Below, in pieces: positions 25,601 to 39,100 of a stretch of DNA of 64,000 nucleotides; within the stretch, counting starts at the first letter, position 1, and each line of letters begins with the position of its first letter. Position numbers and translations under genes: made by a program. Origin of the DNA: Octopus bimaculoides (Eukaryota); the NCBI RefSeq assembly GCF_001194135.2, contig NC_068986.1:44654943-44718942 (forward strand), in the 5' to 3' direction. The notes beneath the pieces are model-generated. The model saw only the letters and a program-made list of their open reading frames with translations, made no database searches and was not told the origin of the DNA.

Positions 25601-26710
25601 TACAGAACAAAACATGTTTGATTCCTTATTAATAAACACTCTACTTATACCAACACTTGTCATTGCAAAAGAAAACACTTCTTCCTTTCAGAATCAGACA
25701 CAGAGAGATTCTGGGTTTCATACTAGTAGAAAGATTCATGATCCTTTTATCCCATTCACTACAAGAGAAACTTGTAAATATACAAGAAAAGAGTTAATAT
25801 CTACTTTACATCAAGCAGTTGTATCAAGAAGACAATCTTATAGAAGTTTCCTTCAGAGTAAAACAGAGCTGTATGCATTGTCAACAGAATTTACACCCTC
25901 TGTTTTACAATTTACATTAAAAATAACAGAAGAGGAGTATTTTAAAGAACAGCATGTTATTATTACAGTACCACATACTATCACAACAGTATCATATACA
26001 ACTACTAAATTGCCGCACACTACAGTGAATCCATATATTACTTTTACTGCAGCGCACATTATCCTGATAGAATCATATACAACCACCACATCTTATACTA
26101 CCACTGAGATGTTATACTCAACCACCACAATTCTACAGACTCCTACTCCAATTCCATATACAACCGCTACAATTCCTAATGATACATCTACATTGCCACT
26201 TGGAATCAGTATTTTCTCAAATTCTACAACTGCCTCAACATATACTACAGCTGTACTACAAAAACATGATTCTGTATTATCACATTTCCTCAATGAAACA
26301 GCATATACAGCCACTGAGAGTATAAATAGCACAATAACTCTGTATATCAGAACTGAAATAATTGACAAGACAATTTTAATATTGCATAACATAACTGTAA
26401 CACCACTTAACACAACAGTAACACCATATAACATAACTGTGACAGCACATAAAATAACTGTAACACCACTTAATACAACTGTTATACCACATGACACAAC
26501 AACGACACATAACATAACTATAGTATCACATAACACAACTGTTAGACCAGATTACAAGACTATAACACCACTTAACACGACTGTAACATCACTTAACACA
26601 ACTGTAACACCAGGTAACACAACTGTAACACCACATAACACAACGGTGACACATAACATAACTGTAACCCTATATAACATAACTGTTACACCATATGACA
26701 CAACTGTAGC
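4611..26710 (+). CDS. Giant secreted mucin-like/structural glycoprotein, part 1 (N-terminal ~7,366 codons). True start is either ATG 4632 or an upstream exon spliced to 4657.
   Basis: Stop-free frame over 22 kb in AT-rich DNA (ORF track 4611..27086). Hydrophobic N-terminal segment, Cys-repeat module, then S/T/I/K-rich low-complexity sequence. No TE or microsatellite insertions seen. Confidence 0.9.
4618..4656 (+). promoter_or_regulatory. Candidate 3' splice acceptor (branch point, polypyrimidine tract, CAG) of the giant exon
   Basis: TTAAT branch-like motif at 4618-4622; tttttatttctttttCAG|G ending at 4656, at the very start of the open frame. This would be a phase-1 intron. Confidence 0.6.
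4632..4727 (+). other. Probable signal peptide
   Basis: MDIFISFSGLKPN-LVIILVVYSVTF-KPLIIQA|SK: a basic residue, a 12-aa hydrophobic core and an I-Q-A cleavage-like end. The hydrophobic core lies downstream of the splice acceptor, so it is kept under either start model. Confidence 0.5.
6630..7151 (+). repeat. Cys-periodic peptide repeat, 8 copies of [ILV]-x-[IV]-x-[LV]-x-C
   Basis: Cys codons at 6651, 6708, 6765, 6825, 6882, 6939, 7086 and 7143 (spacing 19,19,20,19,19,49,19 aa). Confidence 0.85.
7164..7457 (+). other. Polycationic block: 42 Lys/Arg in 98 aa, only 2 acidic residues
   Basis: KTPRKKLVAKSKFSRRQGRQKCPYHRLKKGKRLYIKRYSLKDKRKRLLLIDKAKKRGS...KSRKKSLLRRKKQKYLKKHFPTKPCKKLMTK, counted by hand. 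Confidence 0.9.
10035..12190 (+). repeat. Degenerate coding repeat, motif (T)VTVPQI(H/D)x(D/x)GS, about 18 recognisable copies
   Basis: Examples: VVTVPQIHIGGS, IVVPQVYTSGS, TVTVPQIHID, TVTDPQIHT, KVPQIHTVGS, VKVPHVDTDGS, AVTVPQVDRDG. DNA motif actgttacagttccacaaat. Confidence 0.75.
19200..19690 (+). repeat. Degenerate ~29-aa coding repeat, 4-5 copies
   Basis: KTPEDILLTSASFQQVSEDISLQIRSSFI / ETSKDILFTTDLSQGISERTSLLVGTPSQ / KMYKDILVTTCPIQKILEERTIYSE, plus weaker upstream copies (ETSKGFLFAVSSFQNLSENTS; YTPSFQKLLENRTLLV). Confidence 0.6.
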
Positions 26711-27114
26711 NNNNNNNNNNNNNNNNNNNNNNNNNNNNNNNNNNNNNNNNNNNNNNNNNNNNNNNNNNNNNNNNNNNNNNNNNNNNNNNNNNNNNNNNNN
26801 NNNNNNNNNNNNNNNNNNNNNNNNNNNNNNNNNNNNNNNNNNNNNNNNNNNNNNNNNNNNNNNNNNNNNNNNNNNNNNNNNNNNNNNNNNNNNNNNNNNN
26901 NNNNNNNNNNNNNNNNNNNNNNNNNNNNNNNNNNNNNNNNNNNNNNNNNNNNNNNNNNNNNNNNNNNNNNNNNNNNNNNNNNNNNNNNNNNNNNNNNNNN
27001 NNNNNNNNNNNNNNNNNNNNNNNNNNNNNNNNNNNNNNNNNNNNNNNNNNNNNNNNNNNNNNNNACACAACTGTAACACCAGGTAACACAACTGTAACAC
27101 CACATAACACAACT
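26385..27114 (+). repeat. 21-bp (7-aa) coding tandem repeat [HLYG]-N-[TI]-T-V-T-P spanning the gap
   Basis: 16 units before the gap and about 3 after. 26596-26644 is identical to 27065-27113 (49 bp). Decayed 7-aa periodicity extends upstream to ~25950. Confidence 0.92.
26711..27064. other. Assembly gap (354 N) inside the 21-bp repeat, causing an apparent frameshift
   Basis: The same repeat peptide is read with codon starts at 0 mod 3 before the gap and 1 mod 3 after it. Confidence 0.95.
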
Positions 27115-30100
27115 GATATAACCTTATCCCCGTATGGCACAATTGCATCTCTACATAAAGCAAGTGTTACATCACATAAAACATCTCTAAGTCAATATGC
27201 TACATCCATAACTCAATATATACACCATGTAGGAGTAGATACAACATACTATACCTCTACTACAGATAAAATTACTGCAGTTTTACAGAAACCTTATGTA
27301 ATATTGCATAGAAATTTTACAACATTGCATTCAATTAATTCCACAATCTATACAATGATTTCAAGTCTACAAAACATAACTGCAACATTGCAAACAACTA
27401 CATTAGAAATCCAGACAGAGAGCACAGTCCCACTAAGTTCATTAGCTACAATAACTTCAACTGGACATAGTAAAAACGAAACAGTGCATTCAGTTGCTGC
27501 AGTTCAATATATGATGAGTAGAATTTCAAAAAACATCAGTACACCACTGTGGGCAACAAATGTAGTACTAGATACTAGTATTGTTACATCACATAGCACA
27601 ACTACAACACCATTTACTCCTTTGGTGTCCTTGGATACAAAACCTTCACTTCATTATAGAGTTACTGTACCAACATATTCTGTAACATTTTCCAGATTCA
27701 TAAAAGTACTTGAAATTACTGCATATAGAAGCAGTTCAAGTGTATCTGTACATTTGATTACTGCAACATCATATGTGCAAACTGCACCTCAACAAACTAC
27801 AACTGATAATATGTTACACATATTAACTGCTGATATATATACTGTTACCAAAGTACAGAGATCAATGCTACATACTGCTACTGTAGTAATGTACATACTA
27901 TCTTCTCCACATTCTACTGATGGTGTATTGGATGCCTTGACTATACCTCAGCATACTACTTCTCCTACTGATACACTGTATATACTGAATGTTACTCCAT
28001 ATACCATGATTAAAATGCCAGATGCACCTCTATACAAGCCAACTACAATACTAGATACTACTCCAGCACTACATCAGCCAGTCTCTATAATATTACACCT
28101 AAGCAAGGTTACCTTATTTAACAGAACAACATTACAAACAATCATTGCATATCCAGAGAGTAAAACACTATACAACACAACTGTGACTTCAAGTACAAAT
28201 ATCACAGTTCAAGACACAATCAGTTCAACACAGTATAGAATGAGTATAGCTTTACTTACAACGAATCTTACATTACATATAGGTACAGAAATACCAAATT
28301 CAACTACAACTTCACAACCTACACAAATAGAAACAGTAACCACTGAAACTCTAGATGCAACAATTGTAACCAGTGATAGTAGTGCCACTATAACATCATA
28401 TGACACTATGTCTGTAATATCAAATACAACAAATGTAACGATCTTTACAAAAGAGGTAACACTTCATAAAATAACAGCAGGCAATTTAAAAGCAATCATA
28501 AAGTTCTTAGCAACAGGTCCAGTTTCACTTGAAACAACTTTCGTCTTGAGTTTGGAGCAAACTATGGTTCCTGATGACTTTTATGATGATCAAACAAATA
28601 TGTTAACAACTTCTAAAGCTGAATCCAGTTCTTATATTTCTGTCCTAATTTATGACTCTGATATTGAAAAGCTAAGAACAGTTACGAGGAAAGGATTTAC
28701 AGGTATATCAACTGTTGAAATGGACTATTTGGTTGTGTCAGCAAGTGACATAATGTATACAGATAAGTTGGAAACCTTAATTCAGAATAATATAACAGAT
28801 AAATTCACCCTAACAACATGTAGCCATAGGAAGACAAATACAATTTTCAAATTGGCCACCATTAAAATGACTGATCCTTTTGATTTTAAACAGCAAAAAG
28901 ACATCTTAATAACACCAAGTAGAAAATTGGGTTTTGTATCTCCAAAACAACAGATACATCTGACTGTATTGCAAAAGCAAATGACTTCAAGTTTGACAGT
29001 TGCAAAAAAAGAAACAGAATTTTATACAAGTAAGCTTCTGTATGTAACTAAGTTCCCTTCTACTCAAAGAGAAAAAGAAATTCCAGAAAAATATAGGGAA
29101 GTTAAAACTGGAACCAAACAAGAAATTGAATTTCATGTATCTGGGATTTTCTCAATGCCTTTTAAAAGAAAGAAAATTGAGATATTATCTGTGACACCAA
29201 CATTAAAATTACAAACAAGTAAACATTTTATGACATCTTATTTCAAACCAATGTTTTCTAAATTACAGACTTTCCAAACATCTAGTCAGCGAGAGACTGA
29301 ACCTTCGACAACAAAATTCTCTATCACTTATATATCCACAATCCCACCTGAATCAAATAAAACTTCACTATCAGCTTCTTACCACCCTAACCATTCAGTA
29401 ATAATTTTGACAGATGAATTAAAAAGAACTTTAGCAACAAAATTTCAGATTTCCTCTTTACCTGCAACAAAATCAGCAGTTTTCACAGCTTTAGCATCAG
29501 ACATTGTTACTGATAGTTTGGAAAGAAAAGAGTCAAGAACTGTAAAGGGCCAGTTTCAGGTAATACCAACACTTCAACAAAATTATACATTCACTAATTA
29601 TATTTTCTTAAAGGAAAGAATAACATTGCCTATACTACAATCAACAGAAGAAGGAAAACATCATTCAGAAGCAAGATCCAGCTCTTTCAGCAAAGATTTA
29701 GAAACATTTCAATTGAAGTCATCCAATGAAGTGATGACTTATACAGACAAAGAAAAACTAATACATCCATCTTTCACATTTAAAGAAGTTACAGACTTTA
29801 TTAACTTGTCACAAGTGGAATATAAATTAACAACAGACACTATTCCTAGTCAAGAAAAGCAACAAATGGATGAACTTGGTAGTGTTTCCTCAAGAATTTC
29901 AAACATGGTCATTTCTAGTAGTAGAATGAAGACATTACTACATTTACATTCCAAAATATCAGTAATAACTCCTTTATATGACTCTTACATTACTAAAACA
30001 AATACAATAACCTCTACCTTAGAGAATAAAACAAGATATATTACCTGGAGTACTAATGGAACTTCATTACATTTCGATGATAGATTAACTATACAGTCTA

Positions 30101-33100
30101 TTGAAAGTAAAATTATACCTCCATCAAATGTTACAACATATCCAGAAGATGAAATGAAAGTATATATTGCTTCAATTCTACCTGAATTATCATCATCTTT
30201 TTATGTTGCAACTTTTACAACTATATTGAAATATGTTTATATATTTCCTATATCTACTCCATACTTTGAAGATGAAACGAATGAAACAATGTTACTGAAA
30301 AATAAAACTTTCTATTGGATAAATGATAATTTAAAGTTGTTTACCACCACATTTTATGAAACAACAACAATAACCCATACACCCTTTATAGAGAGTGAAT
30401 ATAAAATAAATGCTTCTTTTCCTCTGAGCAGGTATGCTTTCAGAACATCAAAAAGTGAATTTATATCAGACAAAAGTCAAATAATTTCATTTACTCAAAG
30501 AAGTATTAACATACGTTTTTCTACAGTTGAACAGAAAAGACAAGAAATATTTGTTTATAATGAAACAAGCATTGACTCTCTACTGATTTTACCAAAACTA
30601 TCACTTTATTTATTTGCAACATTTAGACCAGATTATTTCAATGAAAGTGAAATCAAATTTCCAACAGACACAGATAAAACTTTACATTCTTATTCAAAGG
30701 AAACATTTCTTAGAAGCTCTGAGCCATCTATTTTTTCTGAGATGTCACAGACTAAATTAATATCTGTTAAACAAGAACATTCCACTCAAGTGATAAAAAG
30801 TGAAACACCATTCTTGATTGAAGAAACTTATATAGACATTGGTTTTAAAAATGTAACAGGGAAATGGGTAATGATCAAGTTAGATGCTACTACAAAAGAT
30901 GAAACATCTTTGATAATAATTCAGGAAAAGACAAGTATCATTCCTATAGCTTATACTGAATCTCAAGTCACAGAAAGTGTAATTTTGCAATTCGGTCAAG
31001 TGACAGATTCAATAATTACTTTGAAAATAAAACCTGAAATTACACAGGGTATAAAACTTCATTCCATAAAAAGGCCATTTGAACCAACCATGAAAAGTAC
31101 ATTACTGATGTGGAGTACTAAGGAAGAGGTAGAACATGTTGATATATTGGGAACAACAACTAAATCTCCAATATATGTTAAAGAAAACACAAGCATCATT
31201 TCAATGGATAGCGATTCAATAAATGTAATATTATATCCAGTTGAAGACAGTACTAAAGTGCCATCAATTGCTAGTACTTCCAGCTCAATATTTGGAAATA
31301 TTACAAAAACATATGAAATAGAAAATGTTACACACACATCAAAATTTCCTTTGTTAAAGCTAAGTTTAAAAGATGATATTTTAAATAAGTATTCTACAAA
31401 AAGTACTGAAATAAGTAGAGAAATTACATCAGAAATGAAGAGCTTGTATTCAATGTTTTACCTAAAACAAAGTATTTCAGAAGAGATGTATTTAACTAAT
31501 GAGACTTTAGTTTTATCTACATTTACCCCTGTTTTTACAACAATAATACCATCTGTTAAACTATTTTCCTCCAAAGAAAGATTATTTATTGAAAAACTGA
31601 CACTTACTTATAGCCCATATACAATCCTTGAAAGATTTACATCATTTACACATAGTGTTGTTTCTGGAACAACTGCATCAGTTAATCACACTGTTATTCC
31701 TATAACAAATATGTCAAGTCATAGTATATTTCCTTCAATAACTATACCAGTTAACCAGAGTATTTATTCTATAACAACAATACTATTTAATTATAGCATT
31801 CCCCCTATGATGAATGCATCAGTTATTAACTATAGTATTTTTCCAGTAACATCTGTTTCCTCCAACTACAGTATTTTCCTTCCTACAGTCATACCATTTA
31901 TCTATAGTGCTTTTCCACACTCGAAAACATCTTTTGACTATAGTAATGCTTCTCTAATAACTACATCAGCCACCCATAGTATTTCTCTATCTATAACTGT
32001 TTTGTTTGACCATAGTACTTCTATAACAGATACATATTTTAATCACACTATTCTTCCCAAATCAATTGTAACATTTAACCATAGCACTATTCCTGTAACT
32101 AGTATATTTTTAAACCGTAGTATGTTCCATATTTCTACTGCAGAATTTACTCTTAGCTCTTTCCTCAAAACATTATTAAACCATAGTAGTGCTCCCATGA
32201 TTACATCCTTTAACCACAGTTCATTCCCAGTAAAAACTAAATTGTTTAACCATACTCTTTTCACTACATTCATTTATCAAAGTATTATTCCTTTATCAAC
32301 CTTCTCATTTGACTATAGCATTTTTCTTACACCAACTTTATCATCTTATCATGATACTGATTCATTAACAACCATATCATATAATCATAGTATTGTTCCT
32401 ACAACTGTAACATTTAGCTACAATGTTCTTCCAATAACATCTTTACTTAACTATACTATTTTTTCTAGAACAAATATGCTTTTTTTCCATAGCACCGATT
32501 CAAAAATAATTGTGCCATATAACTATAGTGCTGATCTAATAACAACCATACCTTTTAACTATAGTACTGATTCAAAAATGATGGCAATATTTAAACACAG
32601 TACTAATACAACAATTTCCTCTAATGATACACTTTTACTTGGAGCAAATATATCATATTACCATAGTATTGCTCCTGTAACAATCACTCCATTTAACTTT
32701 AGTGTTTTTCCAATAGAAACCAGATTAATTAAACTTAGTATTATTCCTACAAGAGCCATGTTATTTAAACAAAGTACATCATTTCCTCTGTTAGATATTT
32801 CATTTGTTCAGAGCTTTTTCACTAAAAAACATGTGTTATATAATCATAGTATGTTTCCTGAAACAACTGTTTTATTTAATCATAGTAAAATATCCATAAC
32901 AGATTTGTCATTTAATCATAGTATCATTCCTATAACAACAATGTCCATCAATCACAGTATCCCACCTGTTTTCTTTAATTATAATATTATTTCTACTAGT
33001 CTGATGTTTAGCCAGTCTTTTGTTATGGGATCAATGAGTCCAATTGTCTTGGTGTCTAAACAATCAATGATACATGTAGATAGCAAGAATATAACAACAG

Positions 33101-36100
33101 TAGCTTGGATCTCAGATGCAAAGGATTATACAATTCTCTCTAATAGAACTGAATGGAATAATTTGACAGGCATGGCACAAGTGAAAAGGAGAATGCCTGG
33201 TACTCTTGTTTCTCCAGTAAATATATCAACATATATGGTAAGAATATTGCCCAGTTATCTTGAGAGTTCACCAGTAAGTATAATTTTGAGGAAGAATACA
33301 TCATTTTATCTCAGTAACACAATAACTATTACGAAAGATGAACACAAGTTCACTCATTTCATTTTGAAATATACTAAAATGACCACAGACACCAGAATAG
33401 ATGGGCTCTCAACCCAGTCCTTAACTTTCTTTGATGTTTCACATGGTTATATTTCCCCTTACAGCAGACCATTTTTTAAATCAACAGATGAAAGAAGTCA
33501 ACATGCATACTCTATTTATACGGATGAAACTAACCCAGTTACAATTTCTCTAATTCAGTTTGCATCAGTTTTAATGAATACAACAAATGAACTTACTATA
33601 CATGAAATAGAAACATATAAAACCTTTCCATTTGAGTATTTTCCAATGTTAATAACTCGGGTTAAAGCTATTGTTGATGAGAGCAGAACTTCCAGATCTT
33701 TAATAGTTGTGGAAAGAACAGAATATCCAACCATGCATCCAACAGTGACATTCAGACATCATATTGAGAGAACAAATATTGATAAAGTAGTGAGAATGAG
33801 AAAGTTTGTAGACACTTCTTTAATATCCCCAAAATTTACAACAGAGGGAAAGCTGACGTATGATTACAGTTATATTACAGTAACATTGCCATTCACTGTT
33901 GAAACTGATGAATCAAAAGTTTTCTATTATAAGTATAAAATTGAACCCTGTACTAAAATACATCTGTTGCCAAAATCAGATTTATTTATTTCACAAGAGA
34001 AGCAAAAACTGAATGCCACATCATCTGTAATTTTCTCTGAATATTTAATCTCTATAACCAATGATTCATTCATAGAACACACTTCATTAACAAGACATGA
34101 TAAAATGTCAACAGATACAATAGCATTGGTAAATAAACAAACTTTACAAGAGGGAACACAAAAATCTCTTACCAGCTTTGAACTGTTAGATTTTCAAAAT
34201 TTGAGTTTTCCAAAAGAAATTTATTTACAAATTCCTGTAAAAACTTCCAGATTTACAGATTTCCATTTAATGCAATACACTGTGACACTACCTTTTTATG
34301 AAACTACTTCAAATATACCTAAGTTAATTTCCAGTGATGACATCAAGGATTTTACCAAAATTCCAGACATTAAGTTTTCAAAATATTTTATCTCTGAAAT
34401 AAATGCTAGTCAACTGATCCAAACTTCATTCTACTCAATAAATGAAACAAAAAAATTATTTCCCCAAAGAACTTTATCAAAATATCTTAGCAGCAAGGAA
34501 GTTTCACATGTTTATGCTCCTTTTCAATCAGAAGTTACAGTAAAAATGTATATGACAGATTTAGGATCATCTGAAGTTACAGAAAAAATGTATATTACAG
34601 ATTTAGAATCATCTGAAGTTACAGAAAAAATTATAACCAAGCCTATATTTTTTTCACACTTTGTGTATACTATTTCAAATAAGACATATAAGATACAAAA
34701 GTCAGGTAATTTAGAGGAAGAAGAGTACACAATTGGTTTCAATGTTTCTCCTAAGTATATTTCTGGGTCACCCATTACCAAAAGGTATAGTTTGACTTCA
34801 GCAGTCTTCACAAAACGAAAGGAATTTAAATTTGAAGATAGTAAAACCATACATGCAAAAACAATTTCTGTTTTAGATTTAAAACAAGAAAATGTATCAA
34901 GAGCCAGTACAGTAGTGCAAGAAAAAAGCAAAGCATCAGAGGTTTGGACCAAGTGTTTAGAAAGTATTCCAATGATCTTTTATCAAACAACATATACAAT
35001 AAAGTCTTGCATTTTTAATCATACTGGTACTACTAAAATGAGTGAAATATTTGGAACTTCAACTGTAGAATCAGGCGATATGTATAAATTAATTGAAACA
35101 AAAATTATTCCAGAAACAAGTAAGGAAGCATCAACATATGTTACATTTACAAATTTATCCTATTCTATCTTAACAAACTATCTTATTAAATCAAAGTCTT
35201 TTACATATGCAAATGCAACTAAAATTACATACAGTTATATAAATTATATTACAATGGAACCAATTTACAAATTGAGTGAAGAAAAAACAAATGTCTCATG
35301 GATAAACATTACAGATCTCCTTATTGAATCAAGAAGAACAATAAAACCAAACATTTCAGGTGAAATTTCTATGTCACAAGAGTCAGAAATGGAACATGTC
35401 CAAACTCTTCCTTCAGTACTATCTTTAAAACAAATAAAGGAGATATATGTAATATCAACAATTGCTGTAGAAACTGAAGCATATCTAACAAAAAGTCTAC
35501 AAATACCTGATTATTTTTTGACACATATTACTCAAACTAAAATAATGCATACAGAAACTGTGTTAGATATGAAAACAAAATCTGTTACGTTGAAACCTCT
35601 TCTTACTGATAAAACACTCATAAAAGATATTTTCTTAGATTTTGGTCATAAAGACGATTCTCTTGGTTATTCAACATTACTTTCTTTTTTCAGCACAGCC
35701 TTAACGTTAAATGTTGTAGGAATGAACACATCAATTGAAGAGAGTCCTTTGGACACTCTTGGTATTGGAAGCCTGGATAATACCAGAGGCTCTAAGCCAG
35801 CTAGTTTTATAATGGAAACAGCAACCCAAATGGTAACAGACCTTGTGGCATACAATTCTACTTTTGTTAAACTGGATTTGGGAAAATACACGGTATATGG
35901 AAAAAATGTATCACAGATAGCTATCCATTTGTTTAAGGATTATACAGTAAGCCCAGAAATAACAAAAGAAATCATTTTTAAAGAAACACCGAGTTGGAAT
36001 GTTACAAGTCATGATGAAATTAAATACATTCATATTCCTAAATTTCAGTCACTAGCTTCATTGAACACTACAAATTTAATGGATACCACAACACTTTATA

Positions 36101-39100
36101 AAACCAAACAGAAAAATGAAACAATAACAGTAGGAAGTAGTCATGAATTAGTATTCCAACAAACATTAATAACATCAAATATATCAAAACTGCATTCTGT
36201 TTATACCAGTGAATCTTATGGAAAGAGAGAAATTCAGAAAACATTGCCAGGTTTTGAAATAATATTTGCAGAAAATCAAAGCACAGTAGAAATAATGGAA
36301 TGTAGAAATACTTCATCATTATATCAATCTGATATCTCAATGCTTTTAACAAAGGATTTTAATATTCAAATGACAACAGTGGAACCTTATTTGATAAATA
36401 CCACAGAAACATTTGAATGGCAACGAAGTACCCATTCCAAGATATTTGTTATCTCTACAAATTTGACAGGTGTACTAAATAAAACAATAAGCAGCATTAC
36501 ATTTGTTGAGGGAAAAATAGGTACTTCTGCACCTGAAATCAAAACATCCATATTAGGATTCATAACATCTGAAACTAGTAAACAAAGCTTCACATACTCT
36601 CGTACAGCAACTATTTATCCCAAACAAATTGATATTATTGATAATTATGTGACTAACATTAGCACAGAAACTATTTCTATAATATCAAGAAGTACCTTGA
36701 AGATTAAGGAAACATATTCTACTCCAGAGGAAATTAGTATTTTTCCAACAAACACGATATATTCAAGTGAGTTCATATGGGTTCAATTATCAGATACAAT
36801 TTCAAAAGTTCCTGAAATCATTTCCAGTTTAGAAATTACAACTCCAGTGAAAGAATTTAGCATTTTGATGAGCAGTAATTTTACATATGTTTCAAGACAA
36901 AGGATGTCAAAATCAAAAACTTTTACAATCCCATTTTCTCCATTGAAAGAGGTTTCAAAGAGTCAATTTATTTTTCCTAAGAAATCTTCAATGAAAATAA
37001 AGCATACACCTTTTAAAACAACAGCATTTTCTTTAATGAAACCAAAAAATGTTTCAAAGACATTTGAAATTACCGTTGGTTCTACTGTTAAGGAAATATT
37101 TCAAGACACTACAGATAAATTTCATTTACCAAGTAAAGTTGTTGATAAATTTATTTCTATTCAAAAATATTTCACGCAATTAACAGAAACTACTACAACT
37201 GTTTCTTATATTTTCGATATAACTGAAAAACTATCAATTGGAGTACCACAAGATGCTTCATGGGAAATAAGAAGCGAGATGACATTTCCATTGCAAACAT
37301 ATAAAGAAATTTCAACAAAATATAGAGAAAAGATGCACATACAATCGATTAAAAGACATCTTCCATCAAAAATACTTATAACTTTTTCAACAAAGTTTGA
37401 TTTGAGGTATTTAGACAGCTTAAAAACGTATCCCTATACAATATTCTTTTCTCTCAAACCCCAACTCACTACTGAGACACAGTCATTAGAAAGTCAGCCC
37501 GGTCTCACCCAGAAGCAGAGAATAGCTACACTTTCACTATTCGGTGTTCTACACACACAAACCAAAAGAAGCAGTGAGCTGGACGAGCTAAAGAAAGTGT
37601 TTGCAATTTCATACAAACCAACTGCTGATATATATTTTTCTACATTGACAACAGATATTAAACTAACTACAGTTATAACACACCAGACTTCTATCCTCAA
37701 CATATATTTTTTATCAAAAGATTTTAAACTGACTACTATTAAGTATACATTCCAGAAATTGCTGTCGACAATTAGACATATGACAGATAGCTACACCTCA
37801 GCAGCAATACCTATCATAATGACCAGCCCAACTACTAGCACACATTCATCAATAACATTTCCACCAGTAAGAGATAAATACACAAGTAGACAACCATTCC
37901 AAAGTATAGCTTCATCTTTAATGCAAACAGAATTATTGAGCGATGACTTTATGAAATTAAAAACACACAAAGACATATTGACCAAAGAGATAGCTATTAC
38001 ATCTATTGAAGACAGTAGTGGATTAACTAAACAAACAGTTTCGAGTTATTTAATTGATGTATCTTCATTAAGTAGGTTTCAGAGTTATGCCAGTGAACTG
38101 CTGGTTCATACAACAATTGAAACAATTCAAAAATCCTTTGCTAAAGAGGGTTTCACTAAGACACTTACATATGAAACATTTTCAAAACCAATTCAAGGTC
38201 AATCTGTGGCAGATGGCATACTTATTTTGAGTCAAAGAGTTGATGTATTCCAATCTTTTGATGTAATAATCACTGCTGAATCAGGTTTAACTTCTATTCC
38301 TGAACCACTTCTAATGAATACAACTGCTAAAGAACTTCTATTGTCTTTATTTACAAACAGTTCTGCTCCTTCAGAAGAAATTTTTGTATCAGTTGACAGT
38401 ATTGTTCAGTTTAATGAATCTAATCTAATCTATATCATAACAACTAGTAAACTACTTCCAGAAAGTTTTACTAGATCATTGTCTTTTCAGCAATATATAA
38501 AAGGAACTACTATGATTCTAGAAATGGAGACTGAGAGAAAAATGAAATTTTCAAGAATGGAGATTTTAAGTGACTTTCTTCTAACTACACCCACCAAAAT
38601 CAAGAAAATAACACCAAGAATAGTAATTACAGAAAAGCCTGAAACTGCTGTTTCTTTTTTAAATATATCAGATGAAAAGTATAACTTTACTCTATCTCTA
38701 AGTAGTATGTCTTTTGAAAGTCAAACAACATCAAGCTTTGAGGTTGAAAGAACTCAATACAGAAGCTTTGAATTAAGTTTTGTGACTGGGTCTGTTAAAA
38801 CAGTGAATAGGAGTGAAATACTCTACAGTAAAAGAATGGCTGGAATAAAATACGCAACTCAAAAGGCATGGTCTGATGTTTTAAATGTTTCAACAAAGGT
38901 TTCAAAACCAATCAGACCATCAATCTATGGGTTGAAATTCAAAAGTTTATCTACACCAGATGAAAAGGGCAAAGTAATTATTACTCCAACTGATACATTT
39001 CAACTACAGTTACTTCATTCTATGACAGATTGGCATCAAACCCAAGAATTTAGTTCAATGTGGATGACGAAAAAGAAACAAGAATATCTAGAAATCTCAA

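Noticed and set aside
27066-27086. HNCNTR-stop as the true C-terminus of a 7,491-aa protein
   Set aside because: It is an out-of-frame reading after the gap; the +1 frame continues the same NTTVTP repeat and stays open.
36216-36240. G-K-R amidation-like site (SYGKREIQ)
   Set aside because: A single occurrence is expected by chance in ~20,000 Lys-rich residues; no neuropeptide-like repetition.
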